From an uncultured Actinomycetes bacterium (GTDB lineage Bacteria; Actinomycetota; Thermoleophilia; Gaiellales; JAICJC01): a stretch of DNA of 64,000 nucleotides. Made by a program: the position numbers and the translations under genes. The notes beneath the pieces were generated by a model, which saw only the letters and a list, made by a program, of their open reading frames with translations, did not search any database and was not told the DNA's origin. Position 1 is the first letter of the stretch, and each line of letters opens with the position of its first letter. Where the stretch lies: positions 754,262 to 818,261 of the forward strand of contig CAWCDI010000001.1 of the NCBI GenBank assembly GCA_963794415.1, written 5' to 3'. This document shows, piece by piece, positions 22,654 to 32,123 of the stretch.

Positions 22654-23817
22654 ATGTCGCAGGTCGCCGATCCGCTCCACCCGACCGCTGCCGCCGGCGG
22701 CATGCGGCGCGTGCTCGCGATCTACGGCTGGGTGGTGGGAACGCTCGTGCTCTGGGGCCTCCTCTTCATGGCCGGCGGCTGGCACGATCTGGGCTTCGAC
22801 TTCCACGGCGGCATCTGGAGCGCGGCGCAGGATCTGCTGCATGGCGCCACGCCGTACCGTCCCGGCAGGCTGGATGCGATCGTCAGCCACGTCCAGGCCG
22901 GCGCGCCCGCTCCGCGCACCATTGAGCTCCCCGTGTACCCGCCGGTGGTCATGCTGCTCCTGGCACCGCTCGGGCTGCTCTCGCCCGACGCCGCGAACCT
23001 CGTGTTCGTCGCTGCCCTGATCCCGACGCCGGCGGTCGCGCTCTGGCTGCTCGGGGTGCGTGACTACCGCTGCTACGCGGTCACCTACCTCTGCGTCCCG
23101 GTCATCTTCGGCATCCAGATCGGCACGCTCTCGCCGCTCCTGATGCTGGGGCTCGCCGCGCTCTGGCGCTGGCGCGACCGCGCACTGGTTGTCGGCGGCG
23201 TCATGTGCGCGCTCATCTGCGCCAAGCTCTTTCTCTGGCCGATGCTGGTGTGGCTCGCGGCGACGCGGCGCTGGCGGGCGGGGATCTACTCGATCGCCCT
23301 CACCGCGGCTGCGACGCTCGGCGGCTGGGCCGCGATCGGATTCGCCGACATGCGGATCTATCCCCACATGCTCTCGAGCCTCAGCTCCATCGAGCAGTCG
23401 CAGGGCTACTCGGCGGTCGCGGCGGCCGAGGCACTCGGTGCGGGGGCCGGCGTGGCGCGGGCCGCGGCGGTCGCCCTCGGGCTCATCCTCCTGGGCCTCA
23501 CGTGGCGACGCGCGGGGCGTGACGAGGTGGGCGCGTTCACGCTCGCGATCTGCGCCAGCCTGGTGCTCTCGCCAATTGTCTGGCTGCACTACCTGACGCT
23601 TCTGATGGTGCCCCTGGCGCTGCGCTACCGCACGCTCTCGTGGCCGTGGCTCGTCCCGCTGGCGCTCTGGCTCACGCCGTCCCAGCAGTCGATCGACCAC
23701 CCGTGGGGCATCGCCGTCGCGGGGCTCGTGGTGGTCGTGGTGGTGGTGAAGATCGTCGCCGATGGGGGTGGCTGGATTCGAACCAGCGACCAACCCGTTA
23801 TGAGCGGGCTGCTCTAA
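22654..23817 (+). CDS. Polytopic membrane glycosyltransferase, GT87/DUF2029-like (mannosyltransferase type)
   Basis: About 10 predicted TM segments and DUF2029-like N-terminal region. The last ~55 nt run antisense through tRNA-Met (the ...GGWIRTSDQP tail is translated tRNA sequence). Confidence 0.65.
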   Translation: MSQVADPLHPTAAAGGMRRVLAIYGWVVGTLVLWGLLFMAGGWHDLGFDFHGGIWSAAQDLLHGATPYRPGRLDAIVSHVQAGAPAPRTIELPVYPPVVMLLLAPLGLLSPDAANLVFVAALIPTPAVALWLLGVRDYRCYAVTYLCVPVIFGIQIGTLSPLLMLGLAALWRWRDRALVVGGVMCALICAKLFLWPMLVWLAATRRWRAGIYSIALTAAATLGGWAAIGFADMRIYPHMLSSLSSIEQSQGYSAVAAAEALGAGAGVARAAAVALGLILLGLTWRRAGRDEVGAFTLAICASLVLSPIVWLHYLTLLMVPLALRYRTLSWPWLVPLALWLTPSQQSIDHPWGIAVAGLVVVVVVVKIVADGGGWIRTSDQPVMSGLL

Positions 23818-23835
23818 CCGCTGAGCTACACCCCC
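23763..23835 (-). tRNA. tRNA with CAT anticodon (elongator Met, or Ile2 if lysidine-modified)
   Basis: Folded by hand: acceptor GGGGGTG/CACCCCC, anticodon loop CTCATAA, T-loop TTCGAAT. A G1-C72 pair excludes an initiator. Confidence 0.9.
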
Positions 23836-23926
23836 GGCGACCAGGCCATCGTACCGGGCGCCTCAGATTGAGATCTGGTTGGACAGTGACAAACCGGACT
23901 GCCGTTCTGAACGTATTTACGTGTAC

Positions 23927-24616
23927 ATGAGTCGTCTGGAAGATCACATCAGCGAGCACGACCTCTTCACGGGGCTGACCGAAGCCGACATCGCGCTCTT
24001 CGGCGATCGCCTCGTCACGTCGTCCTTCGCCAAGGGCGAGCTCGTGTACTCGCCTTTCGATCGCGGTGACGCGGTCTACCTGGTCGCAGAGGGCCGGGTC
24101 TGTCTCTACCGCAGCGGCGTCGACGGCCGCCAGTTCACGCTGGCGATGGTCGATGAGGGGTCTGCCTTCGGCCACGTCGCGCTGCTGCACGCGCCCACCT
24201 ACGACGCCTACGCCGAGGCCATGACCGACACGGTCGTGCGGGTGATCCGGGTGACCGATCTCGAGCGGGTCGTCGCCGACCATCCCCAGGTCGCGGTCAA
24301 CCTGCTGCGCGCCCTGGCCGAGCGGCTGCACGAGGCGGAGGATCAGCTGGAGGCCCTGGCGTTCCACGGCGTGGCCACGCGCCTTGCCTCGAAGCTCCTC
24401 GAGCTGATGGACCGCTACGGCCGCGTGACGCCCAACGGCATCCGCATCAACGAGCGCTTCACCCACATGCAGCTGGCCGAGATGATCGGCACCAGCCGCG
24501 AGACGCTCACCAAGGTGATCAACGAGCTTCGCGATGCCGGCCTCATCGACGTGCGCGACCGCATGGTGTGGGTCCTCGACGTTGACGGGCTCGAGCGGCT
24601 CAGACGACGCGCCTGA
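23927..24616 (+). CDS. Crp/Fnr family transcriptional regulator
   Basis: ATG 23927. cNMP-binding-like domain plus a C-terminal HTH ([18 protein letters not shown]). Confidence 0.85.
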   Translation: MSRLEDHISEHDLFTGLTEADIALFGDRLVTSSFAKGELVYSPFDRGDAVYLVAEGRVCLYRSGVDGRQFTLAMVDEGSAFGHVALLHAPTYDAYAEAMTDTVVRVIRVTDLERVVADHPQVAVNLLRALAERLHEAEDQLEALAFHGVATRLASKLLELMDRYGRVTPNGIRINERFTHMQLAEMIGTSRETLTKVINELRDAGLIDVRDRMVWVLDVDGLERLRRRA

Positions 24617-24671
24617 GCGGATAACATCCCTTCGGAAACCTGCGTCGTACGTACCTGAAGGGGTGCAAGCC

Positions 24672-25556
24672 GTGAGCGAAACCGGAACCCTGCGAGTCAA
24701 GAGTGGCCTTGCCGAGATGCTCAAGGGCGGGGTGATCATGGATGTGACCGACGCCGAGCAGGCGCGCATCGCCGAGGATGCCGGCGCGTGCGCGGTCATG
24801 GCGCTCGAGCGCGTGCCGTCGGACATCCGCCGCGACGGCGGGGTTGCGCGCATGTCCGATCCGTCGATGATCCGCGAGATCCAGGAGGCCGTCACCATCC
24901 CGGTGATGGCCAAGGCCCGCATCGGCCACTTCGCGGAGGCCCAGGTGCTGCAGGCGCTCGAGGTGGACTACATCGACGAGTCCGAGGTGCTGACGCCCGC
25001 CGACGAGGCCAACCACATCGACAAGTGGAAGTTCACGGTGCCGTTCGTGTGCGGCGCGACCAACCTCGGCGAGGCGCTTCGGCGCGTATCCGAGGGCGCG
25101 GCCATGATCCGCTCCAAGGGCGAGGCCGGCACCGGCAACGTGGTCGAGGCCGTGCGCCACATGCGCTCGATCCTCGGCGAGGTCAAGCGCCTGACGACGC
25201 TCAGCGAGGACGAGCTCTACGCCACCGCCAAGAACCACGCGGCGCCGTACGACCTGGTGCGCTTCTGCGCCGAGAACGGCCGGCTGCCGGTGGTCACGTT
25301 CACGGCCGGCGGAATCGCCACCCCGGCAGACGCCGCGCTGATGATGCAGCTCGGCGCCGACGGCCTCTTCGTCGGCTCGGGCATCTTCAAGAGCTCGAAC
25401 CCCTCGCAGATGGCGGAGGCCATCGTGAAGGCCTGCACGCACTACGCCGATCCGTTCATCGTGGCCGAGGTGTCCACGGGGCTTGGCGACGCGATGCCCG
25501 GCAAGGAGATCTCCGAGCTCGGCGAGAACGGCCTCATGCAGACGCGTGGCTGGTAG
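24672..25556 (+). CDS. pdxS: Pyridoxal 5'-phosphate synthase, lyase subunit
   Basis: GTG 24672. Family-typical sequence: [14 protein letters not shown]...[17 protein letters not shown]. Confidence 0.93.
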   Translation: MSETGTLRVKSGLAEMLKGGVIMDVTDAEQARIAEDAGACAVMALERVPSDIRRDGGVARMSDPSMIREIQEAVTIPVMAKARIGHFAEAQVLQALEVDYIDESEVLTPADEANHIDKWKFTVPFVCGATNLGEALRRVSEGAAMIRSKGEAGTGNVVEAVRHMRSILGEVKRLTTLSEDELYATAKNHAAPYDLVRFCAENGRLPVVTFTAGGIATPADAALMMQLGADGLFVGSGIFKSSNPSQMAEAIVKACTHYADPFIVAEVSTGLGDAMPGKEISELGENGLMQTRGW

Positions 25557-26145
25557 GGTCGCAGTCCTCGCGCTGCAGGGCGCGTTTCGCGAGCACTGCA
25601 CCGCGCTTGCCGATGTCGGGCTCGATCCGGTCGAGGCCCGTGTCGCGGCCGACCTGGAGGGCGTGTCGGGACTCGTGATCCCGGGCGGTGAGTCGACCAC
25701 GATGTCGAAGCTGATCGCCGCCTACGACCTGGCGGATCCCATCGTGGCGCTGCACGCCTCGGGGGCGCCGGTGTTCGGCACGTGCGCGGGGATGATCACG
25801 GTGGCGGCCAGCGCGGTGGATGGCCGGCCCGACCAGCGCTACCTGGGCCTGATCGACATCGACGTGCGCCGCAACGCGTTCGGCCGCCAGGTGGCGAGCT
25901 TCGAGTCGCCCATCGAGCTGGCCGGCGAGAGCGACCCGTTTCCGGGAGTGTTCATCCGCGCGCCGTGGATCGAGCGTGCCGGGGCCGGGGTGGAGGTGCT
26001 GGCAGAGCTCTCGGGCCACGCCATCGCCGCGCGGCAGAACGGCGTGCTCGTGACCGCGTTTCACCCGGAGCTCACGTCCGACCGAAGGCTCCACCGGATG
26101 TACGCTTCCATGGTTGCCGAGGCATCTCAGGAGGTGGCAGCATGA
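25546..26145 (+). CDS. pdxT: Pyridoxal 5'-phosphate synthase, glutaminase subunit
   Basis: [10 protein letters not shown]...[11 protein letters not shown]...GTCAGMI...FHPE. The start (GTG 25546) is approximate. Confidence 0.9.
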   Translation: MAGRVAVLALQGAFREHCTALADVGLDPVEARVAADLEGVSGLVIPGGESTTMSKLIAAYDLADPIVALHASGAPVFGTCAGMITVAASAVDGRPDQRYLGLIDIDVRRNAFGRQVASFESPIELAGESDPFPGVFIRAPWIERAGAGVEVLAELSGHAIAARQNGVLVTAFHPELTSDRRLHRMYASMVAEASQEVAA

Positions 26146-26894
26146 GCGGACATTCGAAGTGGTCAACCATCAAGCACAAGAAGGGCGCAGCCGACGCCAA
26201 GCGCGGCAAGCTCTTCACCAAGCTCTCGCGCGCGATCATCGTCGCCGCGAAGGAGGGCGGGCCCGATCCCGCCGCGAACGCAACGCTGGCCACGGCCATC
26301 GCCAAGGCACGCTCCTACTCGATGCCCAAGGACAACATCGAGCGGGCCGTTGCCCGCGGGAGCGGCGGCTCCGAGGGCTCTGACGCCTACGAGGCCATCA
26401 CCTACGAGGGCTACGGCATCGACGGCGTCGCCATCATCGTCGAGGCGCTCAGCGACAACCGCAACCGCACCGCCGCAGACGTGCGGTCGATCTTCGCCAA
26501 GCACAACTCCGCCCTGGGCACGCCCGGCTCGGTGGCCTGGCAGTTCGAGCGCAAAGGCGTGATCCTGGTGCCGGCCGAGGGCGTGTCGGAGGACGACATC
26601 GTGCTGGCCGCCGCCGAGGCCGGTGCGGAGGACGTCACGCCCGAGGGCGACAGCTGGCACATCACGACCGCGCCGACAGACCTCGGCGCGGTACGAGACG
26701 CGCTCGAGGCCGACGACGTCGAGGTGTCATCGGCCGAGCTGACGCTGGTGCCCGCCAACACGGTGGAGCTCGGCGAGGACGCGGCCCGCAAGCTCCTGCG
26801 GCTGATCGACGCCCTCGAGGATCAGGACGACGTCCAGGACGTCTACGCCAACTTCGACATCTCCGACGAGGTGCTCGAAGCAGTGGCCGGTTAG
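26142..26894 (+). CDS. YebC/PmpR family DNA-binding transcriptional regulator
   Basis: [27 protein letters not shown] overlap with the pdxT stop. Confidence 0.92.
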   Translation: MSGHSKWSTIKHKKGAADAKRGKLFTKLSRAIIVAAKEGGPDPAANATLATAIAKARSYSMPKDNIERAVARGSGGSEGSDAYEAITYEGYGIDGVAIIVEALSDNRNRTAADVRSIFAKHNSALGTPGSVAWQFERKGVILVPAEGVSEDDIVLAAAEAGAEDVTPEGDSWHITTAPTDLGAVRDALEADDVEVSSAELTLVPANTVELGEDAARKLLRLIDALEDQDDVQDVYANFDISDEVLEAVAG

Positions 26895-27277
26895 GCCGAG
26901 AGCCGCTCGGCGCCCGCAAGCGCCCCGAGGAGCGAGCTGGAACGGAGCGAGCGGGACGAGGCAGACGATCATGGAGTGGTCGTCGTGTGCGCCCAGGCTC
27001 GGCGCGATGGATCTCGGCCGACTCGCGCACGGCCTTGCTCCACGCGTGCTCGCTGTCAGGCACCGCGATGCCGGCCATCCCGCGGCGAGGCGGGCACGGG
27101 GTAGGCGCCCTGGCCGTTTCGCGAGTACGTCGGCATCGGCTCCCAGCCCAGGAGCAGCACCTCGCTGGCCTCGAGCGCGTCGATCGCATCCATCACTGCC
27201 GGCAACGGCAGCGCGATCTCCTTGTCGGAAAGGTTCATGGCCCGCAGCCGAGGCGGGAGCAAATCCACGTCCTGCAT
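26891..27277 (-). pseudogene. Small hypothetical gene whose coding signal passes through three reading frames
   Basis: Strong AGGAG-N8-ATG at 27277 (MQDVDLLPPRLRAMNLSDKE...). The GC3 signal then moves to GMAGIAVPDSEHAWSKAVRESAEIHRAE and on to HDDHSMIVCLVPL...TAA at 26891. Confidence 0.4.
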
Positions 27278-27407
27278 ACGTGATTCTCCTCGAGTTAGTG
27301 CGCCGGGGGGCGCCGTCCACCGTTCAACTATGGAGGCATTCCCCCAGATTGCAATCCCGCGAACGCACGTTCGACCCACTGTCCGGAGCCGTGGCTACAC
27401 TCGATGG

Positions 27408-27907
27408 GTGATCGTGCTCGGCATTGACCCCGGAACGGCGCAGACCGGCTTCGGCGCGGTCTCGTTCGATGGCAGCCGCCTGCGTGCGCTCGAGCATGGC
27501 AGCGTCTCGACGCCCGCGTCCGATCCTCCGGCCCAGCGGCTGGCGGTCATCTACGACCGGGTCGCCGCGCTCATCGACCACCACAGCCCGATGCGGTGGC
27601 GCTCGAAGACCTCTACGTGGGCAAGAACCCCCGCACGATCCTCTCGGTCGGCCAGGCGCGGGGAGCGGTCCTCGCGGCGTGCGGCCGCGCCGGGGTCGAG
27701 GCCCACGGGTACGCGCCGGCCGAGATCAAGATCAGCGTCTGCGGCTACGGCCGGGCCGAGAAGAGCCAGGTGATGCGGATGGTCACGGCGATGCTCGCCC
27801 TCACCGAGCAGCCGGCCACCGACCACGCGGCCGATGCGCTCGCCGCGGCGGTGTGCCACGCGCGGGCGGCGCGGACGAACGCCGCGCTTGCGGGGGCGCG
27901 GCGATGA
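27408..27907 (+). pseudogene. ruvC: Holliday junction resolvase RuvC with one frame break near 27590
   Basis: [16 protein letters not shown]...LIDHHSP is in one frame and [25 protein letters not shown]...[14 protein letters not shown] in another. One base appears to be missing at ...agcccg|atgcgg. Confidence 0.85.
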
Positions 27908-28486
27908 TCGCCGAGCTGCGCGGCCGCGTCTCGCGGGTCGAGGCCGGCTCCGTGGTGCTCGATGTGGCCGGCGTCGGCTACCTGCTGAACGCCACCACCA
28001 GCGCGCGGCGGCTGGCAGTTGATGCAGGCGACGATCAGATCACGCTCGTCACCTACCTCTACGTGCGCGAGGACACGCTGCAGCTCTTCGGGTTCGCAGG
28101 CAGCGCCGAGCGCGAGATCTTCGAGCAGCTGCTGGGCGTCTCGGGGATCGGGCCCAAGGCGGCGCTTGCGATCGTCTCGGGGTATGCCCCGGATCAGATC
28201 CGCCGCGCTGTTGCGGTGGGCGACCACGCCCTCTTCACGAGCATCACCGGCATCGGCAAGAAAGACGGCCGAGCGGCTCGTGATCGACCTGAAGGACAAG
28301 GTCGGCTCGGTTGCGCTCAACGACGCCGTGCTCCCGGCGGCGTCCGACGACCACACCCAGGCGCGCGACGCGCTCGTGGGGCTCGGGATGTCGGTCGCCG
28401 AGGCCGAGGCGTCGCTGAAGTCGACGTCGATGCCGAGCTGCCCGTGTCCGAGCGCGTGCGCGGCGGCGCTGGCAGGGCAGGCATGA
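27904..28486 (+). pseudogene. ruvA: Holliday junction helicase subunit RuvA with one clear and two probable frame breaks
   Basis: MIAELRG...ITGIGKK, then [12 protein letters not shown]... after an extra A in aagaaag (28258-28264). [14 protein letters not shown] returns to the first frame. The stop at 28484-28486 overlaps the ruvB ATG. Confidence 0.8.
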
Positions 28487-29508
28487 GCGTGGAGAGCCAC
28501 CGGCTGCCCGATGCGCTCGTGGCTCCCGGCGAGGAGGAGTTCGACCGCACGCTGCGGCCGCGCAGCCTCGATGAGTTCGTCGGCCAGACGCAGCTCAAGA
28601 ACCAGCTCTCGGTGGTGCTCGACGCCGCCAAGGGCCGCGGCGAGCCCTGCGACCACGTGCTCTTCGCAGGTCCTCCCGGGCTCGGCAAGACGTCGCTGGC
28701 CGGCATCATCGCCGTCGAGATGGGCTCGACGCTGCGCGTGGTGTCGGGGCCGGCCATCGACCGCAAGGCGGACATGGCGGCCATCCTCACGGCACTCGAG
28801 TCGCACGACGTGCTCTTCATCGACGAGATCCACCGGCTCAACCGCTCCATCGAGGAGCTGCTCTACCCGGCGATGGAGGACGGGTGCATCGACCTCGTGA
28901 TCGGCCAGGGGCCGGGCGCGCAGTCGATCCGGCTCGACCTGCAGCCGTTCACCCTGGTGGGCGCCACCACGCGCACGGGGCTTCTGACGACGCCGCTTCG
29001 CGACCGGTTCGGCATCACCCACCGGCTCGACTACTACGACCAGGCCGACATCCAGACCATCGTCGAGCGCTCCGCCGGTGTGCTCGGGGTCGCGATCGAT
29101 CCCCAGGGCGCTGCCGAGGTGGCCCGCCGCGCACGCGGCACGCCGCGCGTCGCCAACCGGATCCTGCGGCGCGTCCGCGACTTCGCCCAGGTGCGCCATC
29201 AGGGCACCATCACCCACCAGATCGCGGTCGAGGCACTCGAGCTCTTCGAGGTGGACGACCTCGGCCTCGAGCGGATCGACCGCGCGATCCTGAGCACCAT
29301 CGCAGAGCGGTTCTCGGGCGGGCCTGTGGGCCTCTCGACGCTGGCGGTCTCCATCGGCGAGGGCACGGACACGCTCGAAGACGTCTACGAGCCGTTCCTG
29401 CTGCAGCAGGGGCTGCTCCAGCGCACGCCCCGCGGCCGCATCGTGACCCCGGCCGGCTATGCCCACCTCGGCCTGCCTCCGCCGGCCCGGGATCCGGGGC
29501 TGTTCTGA
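28483..29508 (+). CDS. ruvB: Holliday junction DNA helicase RuvB
   Basis: ATG 28483. Walker A (GPPGLGKTS), DEIHRL and [16 protein letters not shown]. 341 aa, intact. Confidence 0.93.
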   Translation: MSVESHRLPDALVAPGEEEFDRTLRPRSLDEFVGQTQLKNQLSVVLDAAKGRGEPCDHVLFAGPPGLGKTSLAGIIAVEMGSTLRVVSGPAIDRKADMAAILTALESHDVLFIDEIHRLNRSIEELLYPAMEDGCIDLVIGQGPGAQSIRLDLQPFTLVGATTRTGLLTTPLRDRFGITHRLDYYDQADIQTIVERSAGVLGVAIDPQGAAEVARRARGTPRVANRILRRVRDFAQVRHQGTITHQIAVEALELFEVDDLGLERIDRAILSTIAERFSGGPVGLSTLAVSIGEGTDTLEDVYEPFLLQQGLLQRTPRGRIVTPAGYAHLGLPPPARDPGLF

Positions 29509-29545
29509 GCCTCCGAGCGCGATCCGGCTGGCATAGTGTGGTTTC

Positions 29546-30031
29546 GTGCGTATCCCCCGAAAGCGCATTCACCCCCAGTGGCTCATCCTCGGCGCGGCGT
29601 CGCTCGTGCTGCTGATCGGCGGCTCCGCGGTGGGCCTTGCCGCGATCGAGACCGCGTCCAAGGGGCCGGCGTTCACGCTCGCGTCCACCTGCTATCGCCT
29701 GAACGGCGGGCAGGGCGGCGTCCGCCAGCAGCTGGGAGTGGTGAAGGGCTTCGGCCCCGCGATCACCGGCCCCGTGGTGGAGAACACCGACGGCACCGGC
29801 TGGGCCAGCATCCAGTTCGACGTGATCGGCTCGTGGCGCACGGGCCACGCCCACGTGCATGCCGTGCGCGGCACGGGCGGCGCCGCGGTCAACCAGTGGA
29901 AGATCACGCGCGGGCAGATCTCCATCGACGGCTCCGTGTACCCCTTCAACCCGAGCCGGACGCTTGGATCGTCCGCCGAGCGAGCCCTATGCGCACCGCC
30001 GATCTTGATTACCACCTCCCGCCCGGCCTGA
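29546..30031 (+). CDS. Membrane-anchored hypothetical protein
   Basis: GTG start and one N-terminal TM segment (WLILGAASLVLLIGGSAVGLAAI). Its 3' end overlaps queA by 43 nt. Confidence 0.5.
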   Translation: MRIPRKRIHPQWLILGAASLVLLIGGSAVGLAAIETASKGPAFTLASTCYRLNGGQGGVRQQLGVVKGFGPAITGPVVENTDGTGWASIQFDVIGSWRTGHAHVHAVRGTGGAAVNQWKITRGQISIDGSVYPFNPSRTLGSSAERALCAPPILITTSRPA

Positions 30032-31011
30032 TCGCCCAGGAGCCGCTCGCGTCCCGTACGGGCTCGCGGCTCCTGGTCTACGAGCGGGCAACGGGCGCGA
30101 TCAGGCACACGAGCTTCGACCGGCTGCTGGAGCAGCTCGACCCGTCGGATCTGCTCGTGGCCAACGACTCCCGCGTGCTGCCCGTGCGGGTGAAGGCGCG
30201 CCGGGCGACCGGCGGGGCGGTCGAGCTGCTGCTGCTCGAGCCGCGCGAGGACGGCTCGTGGACGGCCCTTGCACGCCCGTACGCGCGGCTCCGTGAGGGC
30301 GAGGTGGTGACGGCGGCGGCCGGGCTCGCGTTCACCATCGCCGAGCGGCTGGGGGAGGGGCGCGTTCGCGTCTCCCCGCCGACGGGCGTCTCGGTGGAGC
30401 AGGCGCTGGACGAGGCGGGGGAGATGCCGCTGCCGCCGTACATCCACACGAAGCTGGACGACGCCGAGCGGTATCAGACCGTGTACGCGCGCCGGCCCGG
30501 CTCGGCGGCTGCCCCCACCGCAGGGCTCCACTTCAGCGAACAGCTCTGGGCGGAGGCGCGCCGGCGCCACGAGGTGGTCACCGTCGACCTGGGGGTCGGG
30601 CTGGATACGTTTCGGCCCGTCGGGGAGGACGATCTGGCCGAGCACGAGATCCACTCCGAGCGGTACTCGGTGTCGCCGGAGGCCGCCGCGGCCATCACCG
30701 CGGCGCGACGGGAGGGGCGCCGCGTCGTGGCCGTGGGCACCACCAGCGTGCGCGTGCTCGAGACGGTGTTCGGGTCGCCCGATGCCGGGCCGTCGGCGCC
30801 GCTCGAGGGTCGCACGAGCATCTTCATCACGCCCGGCTACGCCTTCACGGCGGTCGGAGCGATGATCACCAACTTCCACCTGCCGCGCTCGACGCTCCTG
30901 GCGCTGGTGATGGCCTTTGCGGGGGTTGATGAGACCCGTGCCCTGTACCGTGCCGCGATCGATGAGCACTACCGGTTCTACTCCTTCGGCGACGCGAGCC
31001 TGATCCTGTGA
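29989..31011 (+). CDS. queA: tRNA preQ1(34) S-adenosylmethionine ribosyltransferase-isomerase
   Basis: ATG 29989. Family-typical sequence: MRTADLDYHLPPGLIAQEP...LPPYI...TAGLHF...VGTTSVR. Confidence 0.9.
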   Translation: MRTADLDYHLPPGLIAQEPLASRTGSRLLVYERATGAIRHTSFDRLLEQLDPSDLLVANDSRVLPVRVKARRATGGAVELLLLEPREDGSWTALARPYARLREGEVVTAAAGLAFTIAERLGEGRVRVSPPTGVSVEQALDEAGEMPLPPYIHTKLDDAERYQTVYARRPGSAAAPTAGLHFSEQLWAEARRRHEVVTVDLGVGLDTFRPVGEDDLAEHEIHSERYSVSPEAAAAITAARREGRRVVAVGTTSVRVLETVFGSPDAGPSAPLEGRTSIFITPGYAFTAVGAMITNFHLPRSTLLALVMAFAGVDETRALYRAAIDEHYRFYSFGDASLIL

Positions 31012-32123
31012 TCGGGGACTTCCAGATCGTCGCCACCGACGGCGATGCCCGCGCGGGGGTGCTGACGACCGCTCACGGCGACATCCAGACGCCGGTGTTC
31101 ATGCCCGTCGGGACGAAGGCGACCGTGAAGTCGATGCTGCCGTCCGAGCTCGAGGCGCTGGGCGCCCAAATTGTGCTCGGGAACACCTATCACCTGTACT
31201 TCCGGCCCGGATCCGAGCTCATCTCCCAGCTCGGCGGCCTGCACGAGTTCATGAACTGGCGCCGGCCGATCCTCACCGATTCCGGGGGTTTCCAGGTGTT
31301 CTCGCTGCGCCATACGGCGGCCCGGATGGATGATGACGGCGTCGACTTCCAGTCCGTCTATGATGGCTCGCGACACCGCTTTACTCCAGAGCTTGCGATG
31401 GGAGTGCAGCGTGATCTGGGGTCGGATATCGCGATGGTGTTCGACCAGTGTCCCCCCGCCGGCGTCGATCGGGCAACGCTGAAGGACGCGGTGCGCCGGA
31501 CGACTATCTGGGCCGAGCGCTGCCGGGCGTGCAAGCGGGCCGATGGACAATTGGTATTTGGGATTTTGCAGGGAGGTACCGATACCGACCTGCGAGCGCT
31601 GTCGGCCGAAGGGGTGACAGGGCTGAATTTTGACGGATACGCGATCGGAGGACTGTCGGTGGGAGAGGAGCGATCACAGATGCTGGACACGGTCTCGGCG
31701 ACCGCTGCCATGCTCCCCGCCGGCCAGCCCCGGTACTTCATGGGCCTCGGCGACACCTCCGGCCTGGTCGAATCCATCGCGCGCGGCGTGGACATGTTCG
31801 ACTGCGTCTTGCCCACCCGCCTCGGGCGCACGGGCTCTGCGCTCACGCGCCACGGCCGGCTGAACCTGCGAAACGCGGCGTTCGCCGCCGACCCGCGCCC
31901 GCTGGAGGCCGACTGCGAATGCCCTGCATGCCAGGGGTTTTCACGCGCCTACATCCGTCACCTGATCACCCAGAGCGAGATCACCGGGCTGCGCCTGCTC
32001 ACCATCCACAACGTGCATCGGGTGGTGTCAACGGTGCGGGAAGCCCGCGCTGCGATTGTTGAAAGCCGGTTTGGGGCGTGGTTAGAGGAGCAGCGGACCC
32101 CGGCTAGAATCGACCAGTCGTGA
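31008..32123 (+). CDS. tgt: tRNA-guanine transglycosylase
   Basis: TPVFMPVGT...LGNTYHL...TDSGGFQV...GLSVGE and the zinc site CxCxxC...H. GTGA overlap with queA. Confidence 0.93.
   Translation: MIGDFQIVATDGDARAGVLTTAHGDIQTPVFMPVGTKATVKSMLPSELEALGAQIVLGNTYHLYFRPGSELISQLGGLHEFMNWRRPILTDSGGFQVFSLRHTAARMDDDGVDFQSVYDGSRHRFTPELAMGVQRDLGSDIAMVFDQCPPAGVDRATLKDAVRRTTIWAERCRACKRADGQLVFGILQGGTDTDLRALSAEGVTGLNFDGYAIGGLSVGEERSQMLDTVSATAAMLPAGQPRYFMGLGDTSGLVESIARGVDMFDCVLPTRLGRTGSALTRHGRLNLRNAAFAADPRPLEADCECPACQGFSRAYIRHLITQSEITGLRLLTIHNVHRVVSTVREARAAIVESRFGAWLEEQRTPARIDQS

Noticed and set aside
21643-23793. 716-aa minus-strand ORF covering the lipoprotein and GT87 genes
   Set aside because: Extremely Arg/Glu/Asp/Pro-rich with no TM segments or domains. 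The plus-strand frames have a lipobox and about 10 TM helices.
23838-23926. CRP-type palindrome upstream of the Crp/Fnr gene
   Set aside because: Only half-site-like fragments are present (GTGAC..., ACGTGTAC). There is no convincing TGTGA-N6-TCACA or GTG-N8-CAC dyad.
27424-29508. 694-aa plus-strand track ORF treated as one protein
   Set aside because: It concatenates out-of-frame ruvC sequence, the ruvA N-terminus, out-of-frame ruvA sequence and the whole of ruvB. Only the part from ATG 28483 (ruvB) and the ruvA segment 27904-28263 are genuine coding in this frame.
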